Below, piece by piece: positions 47,769 through 58,889 of a stretch of 64,000 nt of DNA. Below the pieces are notes generated by a model. That model saw only the letters and a program-made list of their open reading frames with translations, was not told where the DNA came from and ran no database searches. This DNA is from Ignavibacteriota bacterium. GTDB lineage: Bacteria; Bacteroidota; Ignavibacteria; UBA10030; UBA6906. Made by a program: the position numbers and the translations under genes. The stretch's first letter is position 1, and each line of letters begins with the position of its first letter. The stretch is from the NCBI GenBank assembly GCA_963801355.1, contig CAWDEM010000008.1:1-64000 (forward strand), written 5' to 3'.

Positions 47769-49686
47769 CTAGGCAGTGCCGGAATGAACTGGCATCTCTT
47801 TGACACCATTGACGTCGTCAGGAACGCAACCGGAGACACGGTCCATCTTCCGACCAATCTTCTGTCCGATCCAATGCCAGAGATCCATGTCACAGAACAG
47901 CTGCCGGTTGACGGAGTCCCTTTCCCGGACGTGGCGAGCGGTCGCCTGGTGGGCTGGGGCTACGTCCGCGGAACGAAGATAGGGTATATCTACTCCTGGG
48001 GGTGGGGCGAAGGATCCTTCGACAGTTTTGTGCTAGCAGTGAATGCGCTGATGCCCGACAGTGCCTCCGATGGTCTCATCATTGATCTGCGGCTCAACCA
48101 AGGCGGAGCAACAGGTTTCATTGGAGGTTTTCAAAGATTGTTCAATCAGGACATAGAGCCGATGCGTGTCTGTGTTCGCGCCAGCCCTGCAGACCATTTT
48201 GCGATGCGTGATGACGGACCCGATCATTCTTTGACGGAAACTGACCGTCAGATCTACGATCGACCGATTGCTGTCTTATGCGGGCCGTTCGCACTGTCAG
48301 GTGGAGACAAGTCGACCCACCTGTTGCGGCACCATCCCATGGTCAGGACCTTCGGACTGCCGACGAACGGGAGCTTCAGCAAAGTGGCCATCAATAGCAT
48401 AGCCGGAATCCCCTCACCGTGGCTAACATGGATGAGCTGGGGCGCTGACTACACGCCCCCGGACATGAATGACATTCTTCTCCACAGGAGCGTTCCCGTG
48501 GACGAAGAGGTCTGGCTTACCCGAGCTGGAGTGGCGGTGGGAGAGGATGATGTGGTCAAGCGCGCGTGTGCATGGATTTCAAGCCTTGCACATGCGCACG
48601 ACGTTCACGTCAGCAGAAACGTGGTCGCGAAAACGGGCGATACTGTGGCGGTAAGGGCAAAGGTCGAAAATCCCGAGGGTCATGCGCTTTCAGTCTCGGC
48701 AATCATTGCAGACGCGAACAATCTTCCCGCCGACTCCGTCATTCTCATGAACGATGGAATGCACGGCGACGGTGCCGCGGGGGACTGCATCTGGGGTGCT
48801 ACGTTGACGATCCCGTCAGAAGAGGGGTTCTTCGGCATTTCCGTCCAGACGGTTGATCAGACTCGAGGCACATCTCGAAGACTCCCCAACGTGCGGGCTG
48901 TGACTTCCGCCGGCCCGATTCGCTTCAACGGTTATGCGTTTTCATCCGCTGACACTGCCGCGAGCCCCGGGAAGATCATGACCTACCGCATTTCGCTGGT
49001 GAATTCCGGAACGAACGTGCCGGTGCCAAAGGTCACGGCGAGGGTGCGGTCGCTGGATACGACCGTAGTGATCCAGAAGGCGGAACTGCTGTACGGGGAC
49101 CTCGCGCCGGGACAATCGTCTTTCGGGACAGGCACTCAGAGGATTCGATATTCCCCGTCCCGCCCGGGGGGCTATGTGGTCAAGTTTTCGATCGACATTT
49201 TGAGCGATGGAATGATCTACTGGGAGGATACGTTTGCAGATGCGGTGACCGGGGTCGAGGAAGACGATTTGCCATTGCCGAACACTGTGGCGCTGGAGCA
49301 GAACTATCCCAACCCATTCAACCCATCGACGACGATCCGCTACGGCCTCCCCAATCGTTCGAGCGTAATCTTGACCGTCTTCAACACCCTCGGCCAGCAG
49401 GTCGCGACTCTTGTCCAGGGAGAACAGGAAGCCGGCTACCACGAGGTCAAGTTCGACGGGAGCGGGCTATCGAGCGGCGTGTACTTCTACCGGTTGAGGG
49501 CGGGAAGTTTCGTCCAAACGCGCAAGCTGGCTATTGTCCGATAGTTTCGGCTGATTGTCCCAATAATGCCCGCTGATGAATCAACGGGCATTGCCATCTC
49601 GACACGCACATGCGTGCAGCGAAAGCCGTGAGGCGAAGTCACCAGACTGGATATTGAATTCCCTTTGGATTCGCTGTTATCTACGC

Positions 49687-49730
49687 GGATGGAATTGTGA
49701 AGAGCTGCAATGGAAGAAGTCCCCCTTACG
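49687..49730. mobile_element. Fused solo family-B and family-A IS ends
   Basis: GGATGGAATTGTGAAGAGCTGCA joined to ATGGAAGAAGTCCCCCTTACG. Confidence 0.7.
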
Positions 49731-50014
49731 GGGTAAACCAAACACGAGCCGCGATGCCGCCACGGTGTCGCGGCTTTCGTATGTATGCATGTACGTCTTG
49801 GTCCTCTCCGGATACCTGTGCCCAGGAATGCCAGCAGCACATTCCAGGGATTACCCGCTGACGTTCTCAATCTGGCGCAGGCGTGTCAGCACAGGGAAGC
49901 AATAATTGCTGTCATGGGCCACGAGACGATTCACAATTCAGAACAAGACCTTACGCCCACCAGCTTGTAGACATGCCGCTGCCATTTCATACTCCGGTTG
50001 GTTTGTCTTCGGGC

Positions 50015-50167
50015 TCCGGGAATGGAGAAAATACTACAACACGATCAGGCCGCACAGCTCACTGGGATTCAAACCACCGGCACTAGAACCAGACATCTTC
50101 CCTCAGGTCGCCAATGCCTGAAGATAGACAAAAGCAGAATATTGTCATCGACACCGGGGTCTGGTCA
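50015..50167 (+). pseudogene. IS3-family transposase 3' remnant
   Basis: EWRKYYNTIRPHSSLGFKPPA; ends ...GGGGTCTGGTCA. Confidence 0.65.
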
Positions 50168-50174
50168 ACAACCC

Positions 50175-50203
50175 TTGACATGCCAGTGTAAATGTTCTAA
50201 ATT
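50175..50203 (+). promoter_or_regulatory. Sigma70-like promoter upstream of the OmpA gene
   Basis: TTGACA-17-TAAATT. Confidence 0.5.
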
Positions 50204-50304
50204 CTGTTCATCAAAAAGTGCGTCCCAACTAACTGGTCAATTCAACTTCACGTCTCTTATGTCCGTTAGAAGAATTTTCTATCAAATAGATTGAGAGGGA
50301 TTCC

Positions 50305-51516
50305 ATGAAAAAATACTGGCTGGCCGGTTTTGGTCTATTATTCGCAACCATTTCTTCGGTTTCTATTGCGACGGATGAGCAACTAACCAATTTGCTTTCC
50401 CTGGAAGAAGGGACTCTTCCGGTAGTGGTACCAAAATCGTACGGCGGCTGGAATGCCGAGAATATGCTGGATAACGGTACAAAGTCGGGATGGGCCTGTG
50501 CGAAGGGAAATGTAAAGGATAATGTGTTTGTTTTTGAAATGACAGAGCCGGCGGTCTTGGAACGTTTTGAATTTGACAACTTCTCAGTGGACACTCAAGG
50601 CGCCGGCGCCAAAGATATTCTGGTGGAAGTTTCCAATACCTCCGAAACGGCCGGCTTTGCAAAAGTCTTAGAGACTGCCCTTGCGGATAAACGCGACGGC
50701 CAGAGCTTTCCGTCAGCCAAGGGACCGGCCTCGCGCTGGGTGCGGCTGACCATCAAGACCAATCAGGGAAGCACGACATACAGCGAGTTGTTTTCCTTCC
50801 GGGGATACGGCAAAAGGCCGTCTTTTTCCACTCCCGAAAATGTCTCGGGAACCTACTCCACCAACTATCGCAATTTTCATTTAAGGCAGCAGGGAACTGG
50901 CCTTACAGGATGCTATGAATTCAAGGAGGGGCTCCTGAACGGCGCTATCGAAGGCAGGGTCATGAAGCTCACCTGGCAGCAGAACAACGGAAACGGACCT
51001 GCTGTCATGGTCTTTTCCAAAGACGGCAAAACCTTTAAAGGATTCTGGTGGCACTCCGCCAGTGCAAAAAGCGCTCCGTCCGGCACCTGGACCGGCACGA
51101 AGATGTCGAATGATGTTGGAGGCTGCCCCCACTGGTCCGGTTCAGTAGGCAGTGAACTGAAAAAGAAGCTTCTGGACGAGAAAAGGGCCAGGGTCTATGG
51201 CATTCTCTTCGATACGGATTCTGACGTGATCAGGTCCGAATCCAGGCCAGTGCTGGAGGAAGTCTTGTCTGTTTTAAAGGGCGAGCCGGAATGGAAGCTT
51301 ACCATCGAAGGACATACGGACGCTGCAGGATCGGACACCCACAACCAGGCTCTTTCGCAGAAGCGGGCTGAGTCTGTTGCAGCTTATTTGAGATCAGGAG
51401 GTATCGATTCCGGAAGGCTCAATACCGTAGGCTTTGGGGAATCAAAACCCGTGGCCGACAATGACACCGAATTGGGGCGCGCACAGAACCGGCGTGTGGA
51501 ACTTGTCCGTAAATAG
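50305..51516 (+). CDS. OmpA-family protein with an N-terminal discoidin/F5-8-like domain
   Basis: Signal peptide; IEGHTD, LSQKRA and GRAQNRRVE. Confidence 0.92.
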   Translation: MKKYWLAGFGLLFATISSVSIATDEQLTNLLSLEEGTLPVVVPKSYGGWNAENMLDNGTKSGWACAKGNVKDNVFVFEMTEPAVLERFEFDNFSVDTQGAGAKDILVEVSNTSETAGFAKVLETALADKRDGQSFPSAKGPASRWVRLTIKTNQGSTTYSELFSFRGYGKRPSFSTPENVSGTYSTNYRNFHLRQQGTGLTGCYEFKEGLLNGAIEGRVMKLTWQQNNGNGPAVMVFSKDGKTFKGFWWHSASAKSAPSGTWTGTKMSNDVGGCPHWSGSVGSELKKKLLDEKRARVYGILFDTDSDVIRSESRPVLEEVLSVLKGEPEWKLTIEGHTDAAGSDTHNQALSQKRAESVAAYLRSGGIDSGRLNTVGFGESKPVADNDTELGRAQNRRVELVRK

Positions 51517-51838
51517 ATAGCCCTAATCGTGCTAAAGAATTAGATATGTTACATGTTCCCAAATTGTCCTTTGCAGGAGGATGAATCATTGCGATATTAT
51601 CCCTCCCAGGAGGACAAATGAAGGAACGCGTGCTTCAGAAAATCGTGGATTCGCTTTCTGCGCCGATTCACGCCTTTACACGCCGGATGCCCCTCGCAAA
51701 ACCCCCTCTGGGCCAGAATGCCATCATGGGTCATCAGATGCGTGAGATGTTCTGTGCAAGGGAAGAAATAGTGGGGGAGAGTTCTCTACTCAACAAGAGA
51801 ATCCCGCACAGATATGTGACCTGAATAGCCACAAGAGT

Positions 51839-51867
51839 TTGACATTCCTGAAAATCCGGGGTATCTT
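51839..51867 (+). promoter_or_regulatory. Sigma70-like promoter far upstream of the M6 protease
   Basis: TTGACA-17-TATCTT. Confidence 0.5.
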
Positions 51868-52210
51868 TTCAGGTAGGGGGGGATTTCTGTCCCCAGCCAC
51901 ACCCCTTCTCCAATTCCGATTGGTGTTTTCTGTCGCTGCCCAGTCCATGTGTCTTCGGCGGGGGATACATGTACGCCCACCAACAAATAGAGATCTACGA
52001 GTACGTTTCAGTCTCCGACCGGGGGTGACCCATGCCAACAGGTAGAGTAATCTGATTTGCAGGACTCCTCATAGAGGGAATCACCTCCCGGCCGGGATGC
52101 TTTGGATGGTCGAGTTGAATGGCTCAAGGCAGTGATCTGATTTATGGAGATAGTCATTGGATGCCATCCTCGGATACCGGGCTATTGTGTCAATCGAACG
52201 AAATCATTCG

Positions 52211-55200
52211 ATGAAACGCTTGCACTGCGCAATCACATCCTGCCTGCTGCTGTTGTGTGTATACACATGTCATGCTGTTTACCTAAGCAGGGTTCCAGTG
52301 ACTGTGCGGCAACCCGACGGCACAATCATACACTGCCTTGCTACAGGCGATGAGTTCCACAACTGGCTTCATGATGAGAACGACTACACCATCATGCAGG
52401 ATCACGCCACAGGTTACTATGTCTTTGCCACTCTTAAGCTCGGTCAACTCCGCCCTACCTCATTCTTGCCCGGCAGGGATGATCCCGCACGTGCAGGTTT
52501 GATGCCCGGCGTTAACATCTCATCCGACCAATGGGCACAGAAGCGAGCATCGATCCTCTCCGGGACTCCCCTGGATATTGGCATCGCCCCCACGACGGGC
52601 ACAATCAACAACATCGTGATCTTTGTCCGGTTCAGCGATGATGAAGAGTTTACCGGATCACCAGCTGTCTACAGTGACATGTTTAATGCTTCCGGGCAGG
52701 GCGTCAGTTCTCTGTACAACTACTTTCGTGAAGTGTCGTACGGGGCCCTGGAGGTGTTTTCGACGTTCTATCCGGCGTCGACCGGTGCCACTGTCCTGTC
52801 GTACCAGGATAGCGAGCCCCGCGCGTACTACGTGCCGTACAGCGCCACAAATACCCTCGGCTACACCAATGAACAGTGTTCCACTCGCCTACGAACGCTG
52901 TTGGCCCGGGCTGTCGGGGCGGTTGCCGCACAGGTTCCCAACAATCTCACAATCGATGCTGATAACAACGGGTACGTAGACAATGTCTGCTTCATCGTGA
53001 AGGGATCCCCCACCGCATGGGCGACGCTCCTCTGGCCACACACGGGTTGGCTGGGATCCTCGGGACTCGAGCTCGCGGGAAAGACGATTGCAGTCTACAA
53101 CTTGCAGATCGAATCAATGATGCGGGTCAGCGTTTTGTGTCATGAGATGATGCACACCCTCGGAGCGCCTGACCTCTATCACTACCATGCAGGCCTTGAC
53201 CCTGTGGGAGTCTGGGATATCATGGCGTCACCTGTCGACCCGCCACAACATCCCGCCACATTTCTGAAGTACGGCTATTTGAAGTGGATCTCCTCAATCC
53301 CAGAAATCACCACAAGTGGGCAGTATTCCCTTCGTCCCACCTCGAGCGCGTCGAACAACTGTTATCGTATTGCATCGCCAAACTCAGCGCGGGAGTATTT
53401 CGTTCTCGAATACAGACGCAAATCAGGCACGTTCGATCGCACTCTGCCCGGCGAAGGACTCATCGTGTATCGCATCAATCCCGTCACCATGGGAAACGCT
53501 TCAGGTCCACCGGATGAAGTCTACATTTACCGTCCTAACGGGACGTCTGCGAGCAATGGAGACCTTTCTCAGGCAAACTTCTCGTTCGAAACGGGGAGGA
53601 CCATCTTCAGCGATTCCACAAATCCAAGACCGTTTCTTGCAGACGGCGGAGAGGGGGGTCTATCTCTTTCAGGCATTGGCAATGCAGTGAGTACCATCTC
53701 ATTCAAATACCAGAAACCGGGCATTGCCACCATCACATCCGACAATATCGTTCTTGGTCAGCAAGGTACTCTCACTGTTACAGTTGTCTCCCCCCAAAGT
53801 GCCGAGTATGAAGTCGAGGTCCGAGACGAGAATGGGACAGCTGCCCCACCGTGGACATGGAATACCACAGTGACTCCTCCGGTCCAGGTGAGTGCAGGAA
53901 GACGCCAGGTGTTTACGTTTCTGGTGGAGCCAACATACAGCAGCGAAACATTTCAAATCTCGCTCCTGAAGCGCAACGTTGGTGGCGCTTGGGGAACGTT
54001 TGCAACACAACAAGTAACGCTTAGCGCAACTGGAGGAGGGAAAGCGAGCATCGTCATTGCCACCGCAAATGCCGAAGGTTGGTCCGACCCTTCAGACGGG
54101 GCAACAGTGAACCTTTTTGACAGCGCGGGAGCACAGATTGCCTCGGCAAAAACAAACAGTTCAGGGGTCGCAGGCTTTGCAGATATCCCCTCCGGTGCCG
54201 AGTATTCATACAATGTCGTCTGTCAGAGCCTGCTCTTTGGTGATCAGTACTGGGGTTCAAAAGGAGGGGTCAGCACTGTGGCAAATACGACGACATATAT
54301 ATCCTTTGTCCGCAATGCACCGTATGCCCCTCTGATCAACGTCTACGATGACAGTACCAACGCGGAGGTCACCGGCGACAGTGTCCTCGCGGGGACGAAA
54401 ATCCGCGTAGAACTGACTGTGAAGAATCCAAACAACCCTGGAGCCATTTCAGCAAGTTCCCGGGCACGTCTCATTGTCGATCGATACAAAAGCCCCCCCT
54501 ATGATTTTGAAGACATAAGCTCCTATCAATCATATGATGTCGGGCAGATCCGCAAAATCAGCTTCACTGTGAAACCTACAATCGAGGGTCAGTACTATTA
54601 CGCCGAAGAGGTGTTCTCTGAAATCGGTGGCATCGAAACGAAAACGGACGGCAGTTACTGGGGGTATCTCCTGTGGGTACAGGGCAAAGGCCCCGGGACT
54701 GGTGATTTGAGCATCACAGTCTCCAATGCAGAGGGATGGGGTGATTTTGGCAGCGGAGCAGTTGTGGAGCTGTACGATGCGGCTGGCGCCCTGATTGCCA
54801 CCCAGACGACTGATGCTTCGAGCATGGTCATGTTTTCTGGCATTCCTTCAACGACAATGTATTGTTACAAGGTTGCGGTTCCCGCGGTTTCCGGTACCCC
54901 CTGGACAACGTACCACTACTGGGGTACGAAGTCTGGCATCGCTGTTACGGCGGGAGAGACGACCATGGATTACTTCACGCGCAATGCGCCATATGCTCCT
55001 GAGATCACTGCCTACAATAATGCAACGAATGTCGTGCTCGAGAATGGCACCGTGTTCACTGGTACCACGATTCGCGTCGAACTTGCCATAAAGAATCCGA
55101 CCTATGAAGGGGCAACCGCACAAATGGCAGCGGGGCGGGTGATTCTGGACCGCGATAGATCCTCTGGGTACGATTTTGACCAGACAGCCGAGAACCAGTC

Positions 55201-56848
55201 ATACGCGATTGGCGAATCGCGCAATGTTCCATTTTACTATACACCATCTGATACCGGAACATATTATTACACCGAGTGTGTGATCGGGCTCGAAGCGCTC
55301 ACAGACGGTAGCGGTTGGGGTAGACCACTTTTCACAGCTGTCCTTGGGGATGTTGTGGCACCTGGTGTGCCGGCTAACATTGCGGCAACTCCCTCGGGGT
55401 GGCAGAATAGCTCGAGTTTCTCTCTTGATTGGACGAGTCCAACTGACCCGAGCGGCATTGCAGCAGCATGGTACAAAGTTGGTTCTGCGCCCGCGACTTC
55501 GGCGGACGGTATCCGGTCAACAAGCAAACCCATGCCTGTCGCGGCGACTGCCGAGGGGGGACAGCCGGTGTATGTCTGGTTGGAAGATGGCGTGGGCAAC
55601 AAGGACCATACGGCCAGGGGAATGACGACGATGTACTATGATGCAACCGCACCCACGGGTGGCACGATCGCAGTCAATTCTGGTGCGGCCACGACATCAT
55701 CACTGGCGGTGACACTGAATACGTTAGGGGCGACTGATGCCGGCGGAAGCGGGGTCTCGCATATGCGATTAAGTAATGACAACAGTACATGGTCTACCTG
55801 GGAAGTACTAGCGTCAACAAGGACAGGCTGGAATCTGTCATTGTACGGGGGTACGTCAAATGAGGGGATGAAGACAGTACATGTACAGTACCGCGACAAC
55901 GCGGGGAATACTTCAGTCAGTTACAGTGACGGGATAACCTACCAAGGCGCAGACCTATCGGCGCCGGGAGTGCCCGCGAGCATGACAGCGACTCCTTCCA
56001 GCTGGACGAATGTCAATCAGTTCTCCATCAATTGGGTGAATCCGAGTGATCCATCGGGGATTGCCGCTGCGTGGTACAAGCAGGGGATGGCGCCGACATC
56101 CAGCACTGACGGAATCCGAAAGACTGAGAAGCCCTTGGTCGTACCCGCGACCGCACAGGGAGGTCAACAGCTACACCTGTGGCTAGAGGATGGTTCCAGC
56201 AACAAAGACCACGCAAACAAGGCAACAGTCCAGCTATTCTTTGACGAGACTCCTCCCAGCGAAGGGACAATATCCATTAACAGCGGAGCAATGACAACCT
56301 CATCGCCGATTGTCAGTCTCAACGGCTTGGGAGCGTCTGACGCTGGTGGGAGCGGTGTGTTCCAGATGCGATTCAGCAACGATACATTCGCTTGGTCTTC
56401 ATGGGCAGACTATGCAGTCTCAAAAAGCGGGTGGGATCTCACAGCTGACGGTGGGGGGACTGCAGGCGGGGAAAAGAGAGTGTATGCACAATACCGGGAT
56501 GCAGCAGGCAATGCGTCTGTCGCCGCAAATGACAAGATCGTGTACGTGACGACCTCGGTAGAACTCTGGGGGACTGGAGTGCCTGATCAGTTTGCGCTCC
56601 ACCAGAACTTTCCCAACCCCTTCAATCCGACGACAGTGATCCGTCTTGACATTCCGGTAATAACGGAGGTGTCACTCATAGTAGTGAATATGCTCGGGCA
56701 GGAAGTTGCGGTTTTGGCATCCGGACAGATGCAGCCGGGTTCGTACGGCCTGCAGTTTGATGCAGGTGATCTCCCGAGTGGAATCTACCTCTATCGTTTG
56801 CGTGCGGGAGATTTTGTCGAGACGCGCAGGCTTGTCTTGCTGCGATAG
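52211..56848 (+). CDS. M6 (immune inhibitor A-like) metalloprotease with repeated Ig/FN3-like domains and T9SS CTD
   Basis: QPDG...GDEFHNW prodomain, HEMMHTLGAPDLY, WDIMA, EYFVLEYR and QNFPNPFNP. Confidence 0.92.
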   Translation: MKRLHCAITSCLLLLCVYTCHAVYLSRVPVTVRQPDGTIIHCLATGDEFHNWLHDENDYTIMQDHATGYYVFATLKLGQLRPTSFLPGRDDPARAGLMPGVNISSDQWAQKRASILSGTPLDIGIAPTTGTINNIVIFVRFSDDEEFTGSPAVYSDMFNASGQGVSSLYNYFREVSYGALEVFSTFYPASTGATVLSYQDSEPRAYYVPYSATNTLGYTNEQCSTRLRTLLARAVGAVAAQVPNNLTIDADNNGYVDNVCFIVKGSPTAWATLLWPHTGWLGSSGLELAGKTIAVYNLQIESMMRVSVLCHEMMHTLGAPDLYHYHAGLDPVGVWDIMASPVDPPQHPATFLKYGYLKWISSIPEITTSGQYSLRPTSSASNNCYRIASPNSAREYFVLEYRRKSGTFDRTLPGEGLIVYRINPVTMGNASGPPDEVYIYRPNGTSASNGDLSQANFSFETGRTIFSDSTNPRPFLADGGEGGLSLSGIGNAVSTISFKYQKPGIATITSDNIVLGQQGTLTVTVVSPQSAEYEVEVRDENGTAAPPWTWNTTVTPPVQVSAGRRQVFTFLVEPTYSSETFQISLLKRNVGGAWGTFATQQVTLSATGGGKASIVIATANAEGWSDPSDGATVNLFDSAGAQIASAKTNSSGVAGFADIPSGAEYSYNVVCQSLLFGDQYWGSKGGVSTVANTTTYISFVRNAPYAPLINVYDDSTNAEVTGDSVLAGTKIRVELTVKNPNNPGAISASSRARLIVDRYKSPPYDFEDISSYQSYDVGQIRKISFTVKPTIEGQYYYAEEVFSEIGGIETKTDGSYWGYLLWVQGKGPGTGDLSITVSNAEGWGDFGSGAVVELYDAAGALIATQTTDASSMVMFSGIPSTTMYCYKVAVPAVSGTPWTTYHYWGTKSGIAVTAGETTMDYFTRNAPYAPEITAYNNATNVVLENGTVFTGTTIRVELAIKNPTYEGATAQMAAGRVILDRDRSSGYDFDQTAENQSYAIGESRNVPFYYTPSDTGTYYYTECVIGLEALTDGSGWGRPLFTAVLGDVVAPGVPANIAATPSGWQNSSSFSLDWTSPTDPSGIAAAWYKVGSAPATSADGIRSTSKPMPVAATAEGGQPVYVWLEDGVGNKDHTARGMTTMYYDATAPTGGTIAVNSGAATTSSLAVTLNTLGATDAGGSGVSHMRLSNDNSTWSTWEVLASTRTGWNLSLYGGTSNEGMKTVHVQYRDNAGNTSVSYSDGITYQGADLSAPGVPASMTATPSSWTNVNQFSINWVNPSDPSGIAAAWYKQGMAPTSSTDGIRKTEKPLVVPATAQGGQQLHLWLEDGSSNKDHANKATVQLFFDETPPSEGTISINSGAMTTSSPIVSLNGLGASDAGGSGVFQMRFSNDTFAWSSWADYAVSKSGWDLTADGGGTAGGEKRVYAQYRDAAGNASVAANDKIVYVTTSVELWGTGVPDQFALHQNFPNPFNPTTVIRLDIPVITEVSLIVVNMLGQEVAVLASGQMQPGSYGLQFDAGDLPSGIYLYRLRAGDFVETRRLVLLR

Positions 56849-56920
56849 TCGGGATAGGTCGGGAGATGAAGGATCAAAGGCAAGGTTGGTTGTGCCACCA
56901 TTAAAGAGGAGACTCCGGAA

Positions 56921-58807
56921 ATGGTTGATAGACGCTCCTTCTTGAAATCGCTTGCTGCAGGCGGGGCAGTACTCGCGCTTGACCCGGCTGAACTGCTTGC
57001 CTCCGGGCGGAATCTCCTCTCGACGTATTTTGGCGTCCATGCGTTTGTGGAATCCCATCCGGACGCGGTTTTCATCATGCGCACGAACGTGGACGCCAAG
57101 ACGAATTCCGCGGCCGTGCTCCAGGCCGGTCTTGCATTCGGCTCCTCGGTGTTTGTGCCAATGGATACTCCCGGAGTTCCGATTGCGCATCGTGTCGCGA
57201 TTAAGCCAAACATCGTCATGATGCCGGCCGAGGAGGTGCAGTACATGGGGATTGTCACCGACCCCTATTTTGTCGAAGGAGTGATCCAGAGTCTCAAACT
57301 CGTCGGGATTCAATCGAATCAGTTCTACATTCGCGAGGTGAATAACCCGGATGCATTCGCCAAGAGCGGCTACTCGCAGATGGCCGCACGCACGGGTGCT
57401 GATTTGCGCGACCTGGACGATCCGGTGGGTGTAATCTCGGAGAGCGACCTTCAATGGGTGGATGTGCCAAACGGGAAATGGTTCAAGAGGATTCCATTTC
57501 TCTGGCCCGTCAATGATCCCAATACGTGGCTGCTGAACATCAGCAAGTTCAAGACACATTTGATGGGGATGAGCCTCTGTGCGAAGAACATTCAGGGTGC
57601 AATTGCGGCCCCTTATCAGGCGCACTGCACGGCATACAACTCCGCCTGGGCTATCGATCCTGCAAATGTTCAACCGGACGCAAAAGCCCATATCTGGGAT
57701 GACTATCAACGCCACGTGGCTGCCGGCATCCCGCGATGGGACAGGCCGGGCGAAGAGGGTGGAGTCTGGCAGGAGATCTGGGCGGCGCGCTGTCTTGACA
57801 ACAACTCCATCACGCATCCCGGGCTCCATGTCATCGAGGGCGTGTATGGTCGCGAGGGTGCTTTCTGGTACGGGCCGGGGCCGGATGGTGAGGGGATTGA
57901 CCACCTGACAAACATGATCATCTTCGGCAAAAACCCGTTCCATGTCGACAATATCGGCATTTGGCTCGGTGGTCACGAACCAGGGAACTTTGGATTCCTC
58001 CACCTGGCAATTGAACGAGGACAGGCATCCATTCTGAATCCGCATGACATTCAACTATACGAATGGTTTCCGGATGGAACATATTTGTCTACACATTTGG
58101 ACAATTTCACCCGCGCAAGTCTCCGCACAAATTACCTCCGGCGCGATTACGGTGGTCAAGTCGAAGACGAGTGGCACCTCGTGAATGAGCCGTATACTTA
58201 CGAGCCTGTCCCGGTGCAGCTTATCAGTTTCGCCGGGTCGATTGACCAACAGACGGGGTATGTCACGCTGAGATGGTCCACGGCCTCGGAAACGAACAAC
58301 TACGGCTTTGAAGTCCAGAAAGCTGCCACAAATAACGGACCGGCGTATGAGACTATTGCGAACAGTTTCGTCGCCGGACACGGAACTACGATTAAGCCTC
58401 ACGTCTATTCATTCACGGATGTAACCGCAGTCCAGGGGTCATGGTACTATCGTCTGAAGCAAATCGACCTGGACGGGATAGTACACTTCACTGAAGGGGT
58501 CCGTCCGACCTACGCAATGTCAGTTGACGGCCAACCGCTTCCGGCGGCGTACTCCCTGGACCAGAATTACCCAAACCCCTACAACCCGTCGACGACGATC
58601 CGATATGGCTTGCCTGAGCGATCGAAGGTAACCCTGACCGTCTACGGCGCTCTGGGTCAACAGGTGGCGGTTCTCCAAAACGGAGAACAGGAAGCGGGGT
58701 ATCACGAGGTGAAGTTCGACGGCAAGAATCTCTCTAGCGGACTGTACTTCTATCGATTGCAGGCGGGGGACTTCGTGGAGACCAAGCGGCTTCTGCTTCT
58801 CCGCTAG
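56921..58807 (+). CDS. DUF362 protein with Tat signal and T9SS CTD
   Basis: DRRSFLK; VAIKPN, NISKFKTH, SLCAKN; QNYPNPYNPST. Confidence 0.85.
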   Translation: MVDRRSFLKSLAAGGAVLALDPAELLASGRNLLSTYFGVHAFVESHPDAVFIMRTNVDAKTNSAAVLQAGLAFGSSVFVPMDTPGVPIAHRVAIKPNIVMMPAEEVQYMGIVTDPYFVEGVIQSLKLVGIQSNQFYIREVNNPDAFAKSGYSQMAARTGADLRDLDDPVGVISESDLQWVDVPNGKWFKRIPFLWPVNDPNTWLLNISKFKTHLMGMSLCAKNIQGAIAAPYQAHCTAYNSAWAIDPANVQPDAKAHIWDDYQRHVAAGIPRWDRPGEEGGVWQEIWAARCLDNNSITHPGLHVIEGVYGREGAFWYGPGPDGEGIDHLTNMIIFGKNPFHVDNIGIWLGGHEPGNFGFLHLAIERGQASILNPHDIQLYEWFPDGTYLSTHLDNFTRASLRTNYLRRDYGGQVEDEWHLVNEPYTYEPVPVQLISFAGSIDQQTGYVTLRWSTASETNNYGFEVQKAATNNGPAYETIANSFVAGHGTTIKPHVYSFTDVTAVQGSWYYRLKQIDLDGIVHFTEGVRPTYAMSVDGQPLPAAYSLDQNYPNPYNPSTTIRYGLPERSKVTLTVYGALGQQVAVLQNGEQEAGYHEVKFDGKNLSSGLYFYRLQAGDFVETKRLLLLR

Positions 58808-58889
58808 AGATAAGCAACACGACATCAAGGTTCGGCTTCATCTGCAAGATCGAGAGTGATTTGTGAAAAATGTCTTCCATTGCTGACGG

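Larger units (their letters stand above)
45782..49544 (+). pseudogene. S41-family peptidase with T9SS domain, broken by a TAA (46400) and an IS
   Basis: Removing the IS gives MSG*ARAGTHQLLGSAGMNWHLFD in one frame; IIDLRLNQGG, RPIAVL, ALSGGD and QNYPNPFNP motifs. Confidence 0.88.

Noticed and set aside
56672-58054. 460-aa minus-strand ORF (and similar ones at 17754-18566 and 42313-43134)
   Set aside because: Antisense shadows of well-supported genes with no recognisable motifs.
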